Source: a plasmid
Reading direction: 5' to 3' (one strand)
Length of the DNA stretch: 64,000 bases
Sequence record: NZ_CP090008.1
The stretch's first letter is position 1; every line of letters begins with the position of its first letter. The notes under the pieces were generated by a model. It had not been told where the DNA came from. It did no database searches and was given only the letters and a program-made list of their open reading frames with translations. The translations under genes and the position numbers were made by a program. This document shows, piece after piece, positions 39,563 to 49,625 of this stretch.

Positions 39563-42074
39563 AAATGTATATTATAGAAAAACAAATTTTTCGAATGGCG
39601 AATTTTCTAAGTTTTTTCAAAAAGAAATATTTGAAAAAATACGAAATAATCAAAAATATCGCCTCAATTTGTTAAAACAAGTGAGTTCTATTCGAGAATC
39701 GGGAATTGAACAATTAAATCAAGTTATTCAGGAATGTCCGGAAGGTAAAGATAAGAAGCAATTGTTAAAGTTCTCGCATGACTTCTACAATAATAGAGGA
39801 GATTTAGGAAAGAAATTTCAAAAAATAGTATTTCTACTTCCACCAGATTTAGCATCAGAATTTGATTCTTATTTTAAAATGAAAGAACAAATTTTGATGA
39901 TTGATAATAGAATTGAAGAACAGGTAGATCAACAATATTTAAATGAGAAACAAATGATGCTACAGGGACTTCGTGATAATCTAGATTTTGTTCAGAACAC
40001 AAAGATGATTGGGCAGACTCTCTATCAAAAGTTAGAAAAGCTACTCAAAACAGATGTTAAAAATCATAATAAGAAGCAACGGCAAATGGATGGTTTTTTG
40101 TACAATTATTATACTCGTATTGCTACAAAGACAAGTCCCTTGGGGTTATTAGGCACAACAAGTGTTTATGGGCAAGAAGAATTTCATTTAGATAGAGAGA
40201 TTTTTATGTCGGTGAACTCTTCAATCATTTTAAAGATATTTGATAGGCTTTATCAAAACCCAAAAAATCAGCCAGTTTTGAACTTCAAACTAAATGAGAC
40301 ACTAATTTTAAAAGAGAATAAGTATTACGTAACGGTTTTCAATGATATCAAAGGAAAAAGTTTATACCGTAATCGTCAGGAATTGGTTACACTCCCTGAA
40401 AGTAAAATCTTAAATGAGATTTTACAGCTTTTCAAAGGAAAAGGGCAGTTATCGGGACGTGACATCTTAGATAAACTCTCTCAAAAAGGGCAAGAAAATC
40501 TTCTTACAAAATTGTTGGAGAATTGTATTTTACTTCCAGCTGATCAATTAACTATTGAAGGTAAGCAAAGTATGTCAGAAGCGTTTCTGCAGAAATTAAA
40601 GGGTATTTCTTCGGTTATGTTTTCAAATGAAATTGAGATTTTCGAAAGAATAGTTGCATTTGAGCAAGAAGAGTTTTCTTGGGAGATATATGATCGATTG
40701 ACGGAAGAAGTTCATAATCTTGTTCTGTATTATGGCATTGAAGGATTTGACAAATCATCGTATGTTTCGATAGATAAGCTTGCTTCTAATACTGAGAATG
40801 ATTTAGAAAAAGAGGTTCAAGTTGTAAAAGAACAACAGAAGTGTTTCAATGATCTATCAAAATTTATTTCTATTTTTGATATTTCAACACGCAGTAAGTA
40901 TTTAGCCTATGAGATGCTTCGAAAAAAATATGGTGGAGAATTCAAGCCTCGAAACGCTCGAGAAATGAGTAAATTTTTGCGAGATCTATCAACTACGCTT
41001 TTTCAAAGAGATGGCTATTGGATGGAATCATTTGGCTATTTAGGAGAAAAGTACCAGCATAAAATTGATAATCAACTCTTGAAGTTGAAGAAGGAAATTC
41101 TTGAGCAATTGCTTGGTCAAGATTCGGGGGATGGATCAGAACTATTGATTTCAACCGAATTGTTGAATAGTTCAACGAAACAATTAGAGAAACTTGTTGG
41201 ACAAAGCCATAAATCTCGTGCTTATTTTTTACAAGTTAGTCCAAGTAATCAAATAGTCTTTAATCATATTTATAAAGGCTATGGAGTCTACCGTAGACGG
41301 TTTAATCATTATCTTCCAACAGATCAAGAAAGTTATAGATTAGATGGAGCTTTAGTAGATATTCCAATGACATTTGGTTTCAATGCAAATATTCGAGAAA
41401 GTACAGATAAGACCTTATCCTTACCATTAGGTGAACGAGCTTTTGCCAGCTCTGAACAATTGAACTGGTTAGATTTAGGTTTTCGACTTTCAAAACAATC
41501 AAAGGAAATCGAAGTGTTCGAAAAGGCAACGGGTGCTATTATTTATCCACACTTCTTAGGAAGTTTAATAACAGTCGCCCTCCCTTCATTAGTTGCGGTT
41601 TTTAATTCAATTACTCTCAATGATTCTATTTATTTTGATTTTGGAGAATTGTTACTCAGACAGAAAATAAAAAATCATTCTCAGGAAAAAGTAGTGGTCC
41701 CAAGACTTTGCTTTGAAAAAGTTGATTTTATATTATCTCGAAAAAAATGGTATCTTGCTTGTGAAAAATTACATACCATTTTACAGGAAGATACGTCAAT
41801 GGGTCAAAAATGGTTAGAAGTTATCGAGTATTTTGAAGAAGAAGAGTTGCCATTATCTTTCTTTGTAAAAGACTTTTTCGAGTCTTATAATCAGGACTCG
41901 GAGTTACTAAAAACAAAACCACTATACATCAATTTTGAATCTTTTTTAAGCTTTAAAGCATTTGTAGGTTTGGTGAAGAAGAAGGATAGAATTTTAATCG
42001 AAGAGGTCTTGCCAGAATGTACTGATACGGAAACAGATATGATTACAGAGTTAATTGTTGAAACAAATGATTGA
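39543..42074 (+). CDS. Large LanB-like dehydratase, glutamylation-domain type (putative).
   Basis: 843 aa. Its size and its position before two SpaB_C-like genes suggest this. I make no motif-level confirmation. Confidence 0.4.
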   Translation: MSELMVKNVYYRKTNFSNGEFSKFFQKEIFEKIRNNQKYRLNLLKQVSSIRESGIEQLNQVIQECPEGKDKKQLLKFSHDFYNNRGDLGKKFQKIVFLLPPDLASEFDSYFKMKEQILMIDNRIEEQVDQQYLNEKQMMLQGLRDNLDFVQNTKMIGQTLYQKLEKLLKTDVKNHNKKQRQMDGFLYNYYTRIATKTSPLGLLGTTSVYGQEEFHLDREIFMSVNSSIILKIFDRLYQNPKNQPVLNFKLNETLILKENKYYVTVFNDIKGKSLYRNRQELVTLPESKILNEILQLFKGKGQLSGRDILDKLSQKGQENLLTKLLENCILLPADQLTIEGKQSMSEAFLQKLKGISSVMFSNEIEIFERIVAFEQEEFSWEIYDRLTEEVHNLVLYYGIEGFDKSSYVSIDKLASNTENDLEKEVQVVKEQQKCFNDLSKFISIFDISTRSKYLAYEMLRKKYGGEFKPRNAREMSKFLRDLSTTLFQRDGYWMESFGYLGEKYQHKIDNQLLKLKKEILEQLLGQDSGDGSELLISTELLNSSTKQLEKLVGQSHKSRAYFLQVSPSNQIVFNHIYKGYGVYRRRFNHYLPTDQESYRLDGALVDIPMTFGFNANIRESTDKTLSLPLGERAFASSEQLNWLDLGFRLSKQSKEIEVFEKATGAIIYPHFLGSLITVALPSLVAVFNSITLNDSIYFDFGELLLRQKIKNHSQEKVVVPRLCFEKVDFILSRKKWYLACEKLHTILQEDTSMGQKWLEVIEYFEEEELPLSFFVKDFFESYNQDSELLKTKPLYINFESFLSFKAFVGLVKKKDRILIEEVLPECTDTETDMITELIVETND

Positions 42075-43168
42075 GAAAAGAGGAGGAGATTATGGTATAT
42101 AAATTATCTGTATTTATCAATGATTTAGCTTTTTCAAACAGTCTAATCATTAAGATTTATAGTTTTTTAAATAATAAAGCAATTAAAGAAATTTGGGTGA
42201 AGAAATCAATTCAGCGTGGCCACCATCTTGAATTGTTTTCTCTCAATAAAGAGTATTTGAAGACAATGGAAGATTTTATTGTTGGAGAACTGTCAAGTTA
42301 TTCCCCAGTTAATGTTCCTGAAATGAAATTAAAGAAGCAAATCATGAGTGTTGCAGCTGCAGAAAACACGGAGGCTGACTTAAATATTCAACCGGATGGG
42401 ACAATTCTGTTTGAAGAAGTTGAAGAACTATATCAAGATAAAGTTAGGTTAAATTCCTATGAGACTGAGTTGGTTGTGGAAAAGAAAAAGATGGAGTTGA
42501 TTCTCTATCTTGAAAGTATAGGATTCTTCAACGAGCCTGAAAATCAGCAAAATATTTTATTGGTTAAACTATTCTTAAATTTAGGGTTACTTTTTAATAA
42601 CAATTTAAAAATGGGTTATCTATCTATGAAGTCAAATATTCTATTCTTTAACTTACAACTGGAGAAGTTGAAGGGTACAATGTCGCCGGAGAAGTATAAA
42701 CGGTATCATCACTTAGTTAATTTTCTAGATGAGACAGAACAGAGTTATATCAATGAGAATATTGAAATCTTTCTGAATGAAAATAAAAGTTCATTCTATA
42801 AGCAATTTGTAGAAGAACTTTATCAATTTTTTAGTGATGAATTTGAAAAAGGAAACCTTTATTATGAAAACCTAAGTGATGCAGAGAGTTTTGTTCAGAA
42901 ATCACGAAAGAATGGTCAGATAACAGATTTTCACAAAAAATTCTTTACGAATCAAGCTTTTCTTTCCCATCATGCTTCGGAACCCTTTGTGATTTATCGT
43001 TATACAGTTGATGTTCTTTATCAAATTATGCCGTTGTTAAACGTTAATCCGCTTCGAAAACAGAAAATTACAAAAATGGTAAGTGATAAGGTTGAGACAG
43101 GCTATGATATGACCTGGGAAGACAGTTATGCTGACATGCAAGAATTATTTAACAAGAAGGTACAATAA
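42071..43168 (+). CDS. SpaB_C-like domain protein (LanB elimination domain or pyridine synthase candidate).
   Basis: The N-terminal pattern YKLSVFINDL...IKEIWVKKSIQRGHHLELFSL parallels the Lant_dehydr_C signature (W...FIRY..GPHLRLR). Confidence 0.45.
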   Translation: MRKEEEIMVYKLSVFINDLAFSNSLIIKIYSFLNNKAIKEIWVKKSIQRGHHLELFSLNKEYLKTMEDFIVGELSSYSPVNVPEMKLKKQIMSVAAAENTEADLNIQPDGTILFEEVEELYQDKVRLNSYETELVVEKKKMELILYLESIGFFNEPENQQNILLVKLFLNLGLLFNNNLKMGYLSMKSNILFFNLQLEKLKGTMSPEKYKRYHHLVNFLDETEQSYINENIEIFLNENKSSFYKQFVEELYQFFSDEFEKGNLYYENLSDAESFVQKSRKNGQITDFHKKFFTNQAFLSHHASEPFVIYRYTVDVLYQIMPLLNVNPLRKQKITKMVSDKVETGYDMTWEDSYADMQELFNKKVQ

Positions 43169-43696
43169 ATGCATATTTTACTTGAAAATGGAGAAAAATA
43201 TATTTTTGATGGAGTCTACTATAGAAAATTAAATTCAAAGACTAGGCACTTATATTTTCATCAGTTAAAACATAACCATTCCATTTGTTTAGTTAAGAGT
43301 CAGCGTGTGAAGTGTCCGTCTCTTACTTTTGAATTGGTGGATGTGGACAATATTGGTGATCTTCCTGTATTGGATAAAAATGATTGTAAGAAAATAGTTG
43401 AATTCTTTGCCAAAAACATGACAAAAACTTTTGATAAAGTGATGGAAGTTAGTCAAACAATGAATCAGCTTGGATCTCCGACTTTTTCAGATGGTATCGA
43501 CACAACAGTAGGAAAATCAATTGTAAAAGTATTAGCTGCACAGTTATTACGCACCTACTTGAGAGAGCAGGGGTGGATAGTACGAGTAGATTTTGAAAAT
43601 TACCCTAGTAGAAAGGGACAGTTTTTAAAAGTAGATCTCCTCGAAGGCAAAGATATTTATTGTGGGGTAGTAAATGAATACGAACTTAATTACTAA
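43169..43696 (+). CDS. Hypothetical protein in the RiPP operon.
   Basis: 175 aa and translationally coupled. No motif. Confidence 0.35.
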   Translation: MHILLENGEKYIFDGVYYRKLNSKTRHLYFHQLKHNHSICLVKSQRVKCPSLTFELVDVDNIGDLPVLDKNDCKKIVEFFAKNMTKTFDKVMEVSQTMNQLGSPTFSDGIDTTVGKSIVKVLAAQLLRTYLREQGWIVRVDFENYPSRKGQFLKVDLLEGKDIYCGVVNEYELNY

Positions 43697-45353
43697 TGAC
43701 TCTTTTTTTCATAAAAAGTATTTAGAAAGTCTGGAAGAAGGACGTAAATATGCTATTTTGGTAGTAGATCACCTCTTCTTTTTCAAGAAAGAGGAAGGAT
43801 TCCTTGAGGATTTTTTATATACAGTTTCTTTATACAATAGGACTAAAACAAAAAATGTATTAGCTAGCATGTTCTCAACAAATTACCAAAATAGCGAGTT
43901 GGAGATAGAAAAAGCAAAACATCTTATGGACAGGCTAGTCTTTAAAAAGGGACAGATAGGAGTACTGTATCTAGAAAATCAAGCCCTCTCCTATGTTTGT
44001 ATTAAGAAAAAAAGAACATCTCAAACCAAAAGTAAAATGGAGCTTGGGACTTTATTAGATAAGGTCACTATTGGTGAATCGGATGGCTTTCGAGAAAAAA
44101 CTGTGAGTGAACTGTCAAAATATGCACAAGGTTTTTTAGACAAAACGGTAGCCTATCGTAAATTTTTCGATTTAGATTCAGATTATTTTCCAGGAGTGGG
44201 CATTGAATATGCTGTAACAGACAAATATACAGAATGTGGTTATGGTCGTTCTGCATCTTTTCATGATTCTACTAATATTGCTCTCCTAGAAGCGATTGAA
44301 AGATATTCCTCCCTTTTTTACCCCTATCAAAATAAAGATATTTATGCTAAGTTCTCAGACTTGGACAATGCTATTCACCCCAAGAATTTCATTCTCCCAT
44401 CTTCTGAAAAAAATCCTTTTATGCAGTACCATGATAATTTGGAGATTTATTGGACAGAGGCGGAATCTCTGAGAGATAAGAAAACAGTACTAGTGCCTGA
44501 ACAATTAGCAGTATATGGAGATTCTTTCTTTAGAGATAAAAAGAAACAGCATCGATTCATATATGATAGTTCAAATGGTGTTTCTTTAGGAGGATCATTT
44601 GAGGAAGCTGTATTATATGGACTATTGGAGTTAATTGAGAGGGATAATTTTTTAATGACATGGTATGGTAGGATTCCAATCAATGAAGTTAGACTGGAAT
44701 CTCTGGGCTTGTCTGAAGATACTTTAAATACAGTTCATCGTGCTCAACGAGACGGTTTTGATGTCAAAGTTTACGATATTTCAATGGAGTTAGGAGTTCC
44801 TTCTTTTTGGGCCTTAGTAAGAAGTTTGAAAGGGCATAAAATGTATTCTTATACAGCTGCAGGGAGCAACCCAATCCCTCATAAAGCAGCGGAGTCAGCA
44901 TTGCTAGAAGCTCTGGTTGGAATTAAAATCCATGATAATATAAACGCTGAATTTGGGACAACGGTTCCGACTGAGGTTATTGAGATGGAGGATCACGTCA
45001 ACTATTATTCAAGTGATCAGCATAAAGGTGCCTATGATTTTCTGCAAGATTCCCATGTAACTGACTTATCGACAGAAAATTACATTAAAGCCTTTAATAC
45101 GAAGACTTATTTGAAAAAACTAATTAATAAAGTATTAAAAGAATATGAAGATATCTATGTCGTTAATTTAACTTCAAAAGAAATGGAGAAACTAGGAATC
45201 TATACTGTGAAAGTTATTGTTCCAGGACTTCTTCCAATGACTTTTGGTGTACAAAATGAAAGAATATCTGAACCTCGTATCAATAGAGAAAGGAGTAGGA
45301 GAGGTCTTGAGGAAGTGAAACAGATTAGTTGCTATCCTCACCCTTTCCCTTAA
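43674..45353 (+). CDS. Second YcaO-domain protein.
   Basis: YDSSNGVSLGGSFEEAVLYGLLELIERDNF and the C-terminal CYPHPFP. Confidence 0.75.
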   Translation: MNTNLITNDSFFHKKYLESLEEGRKYAILVVDHLFFFKKEEGFLEDFLYTVSLYNRTKTKNVLASMFSTNYQNSELEIEKAKHLMDRLVFKKGQIGVLYLENQALSYVCIKKKRTSQTKSKMELGTLLDKVTIGESDGFREKTVSELSKYAQGFLDKTVAYRKFFDLDSDYFPGVGIEYAVTDKYTECGYGRSASFHDSTNIALLEAIERYSSLFYPYQNKDIYAKFSDLDNAIHPKNFILPSSEKNPFMQYHDNLEIYWTEAESLRDKKTVLVPEQLAVYGDSFFRDKKKQHRFIYDSSNGVSLGGSFEEAVLYGLLELIERDNFLMTWYGRIPINEVRLESLGLSEDTLNTVHRAQRDGFDVKVYDISMELGVPSFWALVRSLKGHKMYSYTAAGSNPIPHKAAESALLEALVGIKIHDNINAEFGTTVPTEVIEMEDHVNYYSSDQHKGAYDFLQDSHVTDLSTENYIKAFNTKTYLKKLINKVLKEYEDIYVVNLTSKEMEKLGIYTVKVIVPGLLPMTFGVQNERISEPRINRERSRRGLEEVKQISCYPHPFP

Positions 45354-45359
45354 TATAAT

Positions 45360-46268
45360 ATGAAAGAAACTGACAAATGGTTGTCCTACCATATCTTTTG
45401 CCATAATCTTCTTCATCATGACCGTATCATTTGTAAGTTAAATAAATGGACCTCTGAGAAACATCTTTACCCTTATTTCTTCATTCGCTACTGGGAAGGG
45501 GGGCCTCATATCCGTTTTAGGATAAAGAGGAAAGATACCATTCGGGATGACTATTACAATACTCTCGTTGACCTCTTAGAATCGGAATTATCTGATGAGA
45601 GTATCATTCTGACAAAAGAAGAGTATTATCAAGGTCATAAGTTAGATGGAGAGAAAATTCCTATTGAGGAATTGCCTTGGTATGAGAATAACACTATTGT
45701 CCCGATTACCTATGTTCGAGAGAATGAGAGGTACGGGGGAAAAGAAGCAATTGAGCATGCGGAATATGTTTTTTACCGCTCTAGTCAATTAGTCTCAACT
45801 ATGTTAGAAGGTTGTATGAACTGCCACATGATGATTCGGATGCTATTTTATGTCCATATTTATGAGAAAGTAAATGCAGCAATTAAAGAGTGTGGTATAA
45901 ACTTTGATTTCCCCCAATTCTATGCCAATTGTTTCTCGTATTGGAATGAACTTTATGACTTGAAAGATGCAGAATATATAAGAGACATTGCTAATGCTAT
46001 CAAACACTCATTTGAGGACAAAGAAGAAAAAATAAATACTGTCTTTTCATTTATTCAGCCACAAATTCAGAACAATTTTATTGACTCTTTAGTAGAGTAT
46101 TTAAAAAATGTTTCTCAATTAAAGGGAAACAAGATGATGCGTTCTGTCCTGTTTTCTCAAATGCATATGTTCGCGAACCGTCTCGGAATTCCGATTGAAT
46201 ATGAATGTGCCATATACAGTTATTATAACCAGAAAAATACAAATTTAACTTGCCAGAAGGGAGCATAA
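45360..46268 (+). CDS. SpaB_C (Lant_dehydr_C) domain protein; thiopeptide-type [4+2] cyclase or eliminase candidate.
   Basis: WLSYHIFCH...LYPYFFIRYWEGGPHIRFRIK matches the FIRY..GPHLRLR signature. Confidence 0.6.
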   Translation: MKETDKWLSYHIFCHNLLHHDRIICKLNKWTSEKHLYPYFFIRYWEGGPHIRFRIKRKDTIRDDYYNTLVDLLESELSDESIILTKEEYYQGHKLDGEKIPIEELPWYENNTIVPITYVRENERYGGKEAIEHAEYVFYRSSQLVSTMLEGCMNCHMMIRMLFYVHIYEKVNAAIKECGINFDFPQFYANCFSYWNELYDLKDAEYIRDIANAIKHSFEDKEEKINTVFSFIQPQIQNNFIDSLVEYLKNVSQLKGNKMMRSVLFSQMHMFANRLGIPIEYECAIYSYYNQKNTNLTCQKGA

Positions 46269-47081
46269 ATGAAAAAAGTACTGCTTAATGAAGAAATGTA
46301 TTATACGCCTAACTTTGATTATGATCAATTAAAGAATCGTAGAAAGAAGTTTGCAACCAATCGTATCAATTGGTTTATGAACAATAGTCCTAAACAAGAC
46401 TATCAATTTCCTAAAGACAACCCAACAGATTTTGATTCCAACAAACAGTATAGTTACTATCAAGAAAATAATGCAGATGATCCGATTCGAAAATTATTTG
46501 AAAATCGACGCTCAACGCTTTTAAATTCTTTTGATGGGAAATGGAGTCGTGAAGAACTATTTAATTTATTGACAATAGCTGTTGGACCCAATCCACGAAA
46601 AAGATTTTATCATGGAGAGGAATTAATTTTAAGAAACTATCCATCTGGTGGAGCTTTGTTTCCAGTAAAACTTTATCTTTTTATCAAGGATGTGGAAGGT
46701 ATGGAACCGGGTGTTTACTATATTAGTTCTCAGTTGAAAAAATTGATTAAAGTTGAAAGCAAGGAAAATCTGGTCTGGGACAATCTCTTTCCAATGACTC
46801 TTTACAAATTAGACGCATTGAGCAATTCAACAGAAAAAATTAGTTTTGCTGTATTCATGGTTGTTGATTTTAAGGAATCTTTTAAAAAATATGGAGAACT
46901 TTCCGAACGTTTAGCTTTCTTTGAGGCTGGACATGTTGCCCAAAATCTTCAGTTGGTTTCGAGTCATCTCAACAAAAAATCACTACCCATTTGTGGTCTC
47001 TTTCCAGAAGAAGTTGAAAAACAAATTAATATCCAGAACAACGATAGCCAATATTGTGTTTACGGTATCCTATTTGGATAA
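46269..47081 (+). CDS. SagB-type FMN-dependent dehydrogenase (azoline to azole).
   Basis: LRNYPSGGALFPVKLYLFIKDVEGMEPGVYYIS matches the SagB-type dehydrogenase domain signature. Confidence 0.7.
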   Translation: MKKVLLNEEMYYTPNFDYDQLKNRRKKFATNRINWFMNNSPKQDYQFPKDNPTDFDSNKQYSYYQENNADDPIRKLFENRRSTLLNSFDGKWSREELFNLLTIAVGPNPRKRFYHGEELILRNYPSGGALFPVKLYLFIKDVEGMEPGVYYISSQLKKLIKVESKENLVWDNLFPMTLYKLDALSNSTEKISFAVFMVVDFKESFKKYGELSERLAFFEAGHVAQNLQLVSSHLNKKSLPICGLFPEEVEKQINIQNNDSQYCVYGILFG

Positions 47082-47098
47082 AAGCAAGGAGAATTGTT

Positions 47099-47845
47099 AT
47101 GCTAATAAATCCATTCCTAACAGTTGAAAATCATAACGGTGTTTATTATTTTTCTGAAAAATACGGTAAAACAAAAAAGCCTTTTCTAACTTTACAATCA
47201 AAAAGAGAACTGGCTGATTTGATAAATGATAGAGAGCTAAATAAAAAAATTAGTAAGCATCTTAATTATTCATTTGCAATTCCAGAACATCATAAGGAAC
47301 TTTTTTCTATATTGGAAGAAAATGTAGCGTTTTGCTCTGAGCTTGTTAACAAAACAATGCTTGCTAAGTTCTTAATGTACAGATTACATTCTGCGACAAT
47401 TGAATTCTACAATTACAGTGATTTGAATTTGCAGCATTTAAAAAAGATGTTAGAGTTGGAAAATGGGACTGAGAGTCGAGTACAAGTTGTTATCTATGAC
47501 AAAAACAGTCATATTCAGGACTTCCAGCCTACATATAATCAAGGATTGCTTCTATTTTTTGAAGTATGTGGTGGAAAATTACGTGGGATAGGTCCTTTTG
47601 TAGAAGTATCAGCAGATGGCACTAAAATGAGCCATTTTCAGGAAGAGAAAAACGTAGAGAGAAAAGTCGAGAAAGAAGATAGTTACTGGAATCGATCAAT
47701 TGAGGAAGTTGTCTTAGATACAGTACTTTCAGCTATTACAGATTATTTTTCAGATTATATTACTGTCTCTTCACCTTTTATGTACCGTAGAGCTATCTTG
47801 AATGAAGATACAGTTTGTCTTTGTGAAGCATTTTCTCGTCAATGA
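47099..47845 (+). CDS. Hypothetical protein, possible ocin-ThiF-like/E1-like leader-binding partner of YcaO.
   Basis: The RBS AAGGAG precedes ATG at 47099. Its size and position are typical for TOMM docking proteins. I have no motif proof. Confidence 0.35.
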   Translation: MLINPFLTVENHNGVYYFSEKYGKTKKPFLTLQSKRELADLINDRELNKKISKHLNYSFAIPEHHKELFSILEENVAFCSELVNKTMLAKFLMYRLHSATIEFYNYSDLNLQHLKKMLELENGTESRVQVVIYDKNSHIQDFQPTYNQGLLLFFEVCGGKLRGIGPFVEVSADGTKMSHFQEEKNVERKVEKEDSYWNRSIEEVVLDTVLSAITDYFSDYITVSSPFMYRRAILNEDTVCLCEAFSRQ

Positions 47846-47899
47846 GTTTCTTAAGACAAGATTTATAAATTGTTTGGACTGAGGGTTTTCTCGGTTCTT

Positions 47900-48300
47900 T
47901 TTTTATGGTAAGTTCAAAAATCAGCTGAGCACTCTAGAACCATCATAAAGTATATGAGTATGGAGGAGCTCAGGAGTAAGATTATTGAGGAAAAGACATG
48001 ATTTAATAGGATTGAAAAACAGTCAGACCAACTAATTTCGTAAGCTTTTATACGACTTGTGCAAAGTGAAGGCTGATAGATTTTGTAGCATTTTTCCATG
48101 GACTAAAATATCCAATTCAGCAGTCTTAAAATTCCTTTGTCAAACCAATATCCTTTCTAGACTGCTACCTTTATAAATGCTCTCTATTTCGTAACGATCA
48201 ATTAATCACGACATGAACTTTGTCCTCATAAGTTAATTTAATGAGAAAAGCACCCCAAAAGTTAGATTTATTTGTCTAACTTTTGGGGTGCAGTTCAAAA
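47900..48300 (-). mobile_element. IS3-family left-end fragment (same family as 32560-33790).
   Basis: 48180-48300 is about 85% identical to 33610-33790, including the terminal hairpin caccccaaaagttaga...tctaacttttggggtg. Confidence 0.5.
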
Positions 48301-48352
48301 ATTATTTGCACACGGAGAAGATAATATTATTTTAGTAACTAATTTTTTATGA

Positions 48353-48727
48353 TTATTCGCTCTTTATTTCTATGAAATCATCGATGTATCCTTTTATTAA
48401 TTCTAGTAGTGTTGTATAGCTGTAATTTGAAGATAAGTCAATAATTCCTAGAAGTTCAAGGTGATTTTCGAAAATATAATTATAGTCAACATCCGACGTT
48501 AGTAGTACGATTTGTGCAGAGTTCTCATTGTTTCGAATAGCTTTCACCATGGTTCTGTAATTGCTTTTTTGAGTAATTATGATAAAATATAGACTAAGAA
48601 ATTCATGAGAGATTTTAATAGTTTTTAATGGGCTATCCATCTTGCATTGAATTTTTTTCTGTTTACAGTAATGTTTGATGGACAGGTATAGTCTTAGCGA
48701 CGTTAATAACTGCCGAAATAATTTCAA
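48353..48727 (-). CDS. Hypothetical protein.
   Basis: 124-aa ORF upstream of and divergent from the two-component system. Confidence 0.3.
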   Translation of the reverse strand: MKLFRQLLTSLRLYLSIKHYCKQKKIQCKMDSPLKTIKISHEFLSLYFIIITQKSNYRTMVKAIRNNENSAQIVLLTSDVDYNYIFENHLELLGIIDLSSNYSYTTLLELIKGYIDDFIEIKSE

Positions 48728-48857
48728 TATATATTCCTTCTATTCTATGAGATTTGACTTTATTATAATATTTTAGAAGAGGAAATATTGGGTTTATCAA
48801 AAACGGTCTGTATATTGTCATTAACAGTCATCATTTTTAATAGTTTAGGAGAAAAGG

Positions 48858-49589
48858 ATGATTAACATCTTTGTTCTAGAAGACGAAATTTTACAGCAAT
48901 CTCGTATTGAAAATACGATAACAGAAGTTCTAACAAAGCATTCTTGGAAATGTAAGGGACCTGAGATTTTTGGGAAACCCTCTCAAATGCTAGAAGCAAT
49001 AGTTGAACGTGGTTCCCATCAACTATTCTTTCTAGATATTGAAATAAGGGGAGAAGAGAAAAAAGGATTAGATATTGCTAGACAAATACGTGAACAAGAT
49101 CCACATGCCACAATCGTATTTGTAACGACGCATTCAGAGTTTATGCCTATAACTTTTAAATACAAAGTAGCTGCTTTAGACTTTGTTGATAAAGCCCTAG
49201 GAAACGAACAATTTACTTATCGGATTGAATCTATTATCGAGTATGCCATGGAAAAAGAAGGACAGGCAGTCTCTCAAGATGCCTTTAAGTTTGAAACATC
49301 TTTGGCACAAGTTCAGGTTCCTTTTAATAAAGTATTGTATTTTGAGACTTCCCCAACGGTTCACAAAGTAATTCTACATACGACAGATGAACGTCTTGAG
49401 TTTTATGCAAGTATATCGGAAGTTGAAAGGGCAGATGAACGACTATATCGTTGTCATAAGTCTTTTGTTGTCAATCCGGAAAATATTGAAAAAATAGATA
49501 AAGAACAAAGAATTGTTTATTTTGATGGGGACCAAAATTGTTTAATCTCTCGTTCAAAAATGAAGGGCTTGAAAGAACGGATTAAATAG
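48858..49589 (+). CDS. LytTR-family response regulator.
   Basis: N-terminal receiver domain (FLDIEI...) and a C-terminal LytTR DNA-binding domain. Confidence 0.75.
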   Translation: MINIFVLEDEILQQSRIENTITEVLTKHSWKCKGPEIFGKPSQMLEAIVERGSHQLFFLDIEIRGEEKKGLDIARQIREQDPHATIVFVTTHSEFMPITFKYKVAALDFVDKALGNEQFTYRIESIIEYAMEKEGQAVSQDAFKFETSLAQVQVPFNKVLYFETSPTVHKVILHTTDERLEFYASISEVERADERLYRCHKSFVVNPENIEKIDKEQRIVYFDGDQNCLISRSKMKGLKERIK

Positions 49590-49625
49590 CAAAGTATACC
49601 AGAAAAGTAATGGAAAGGTCAGCTT

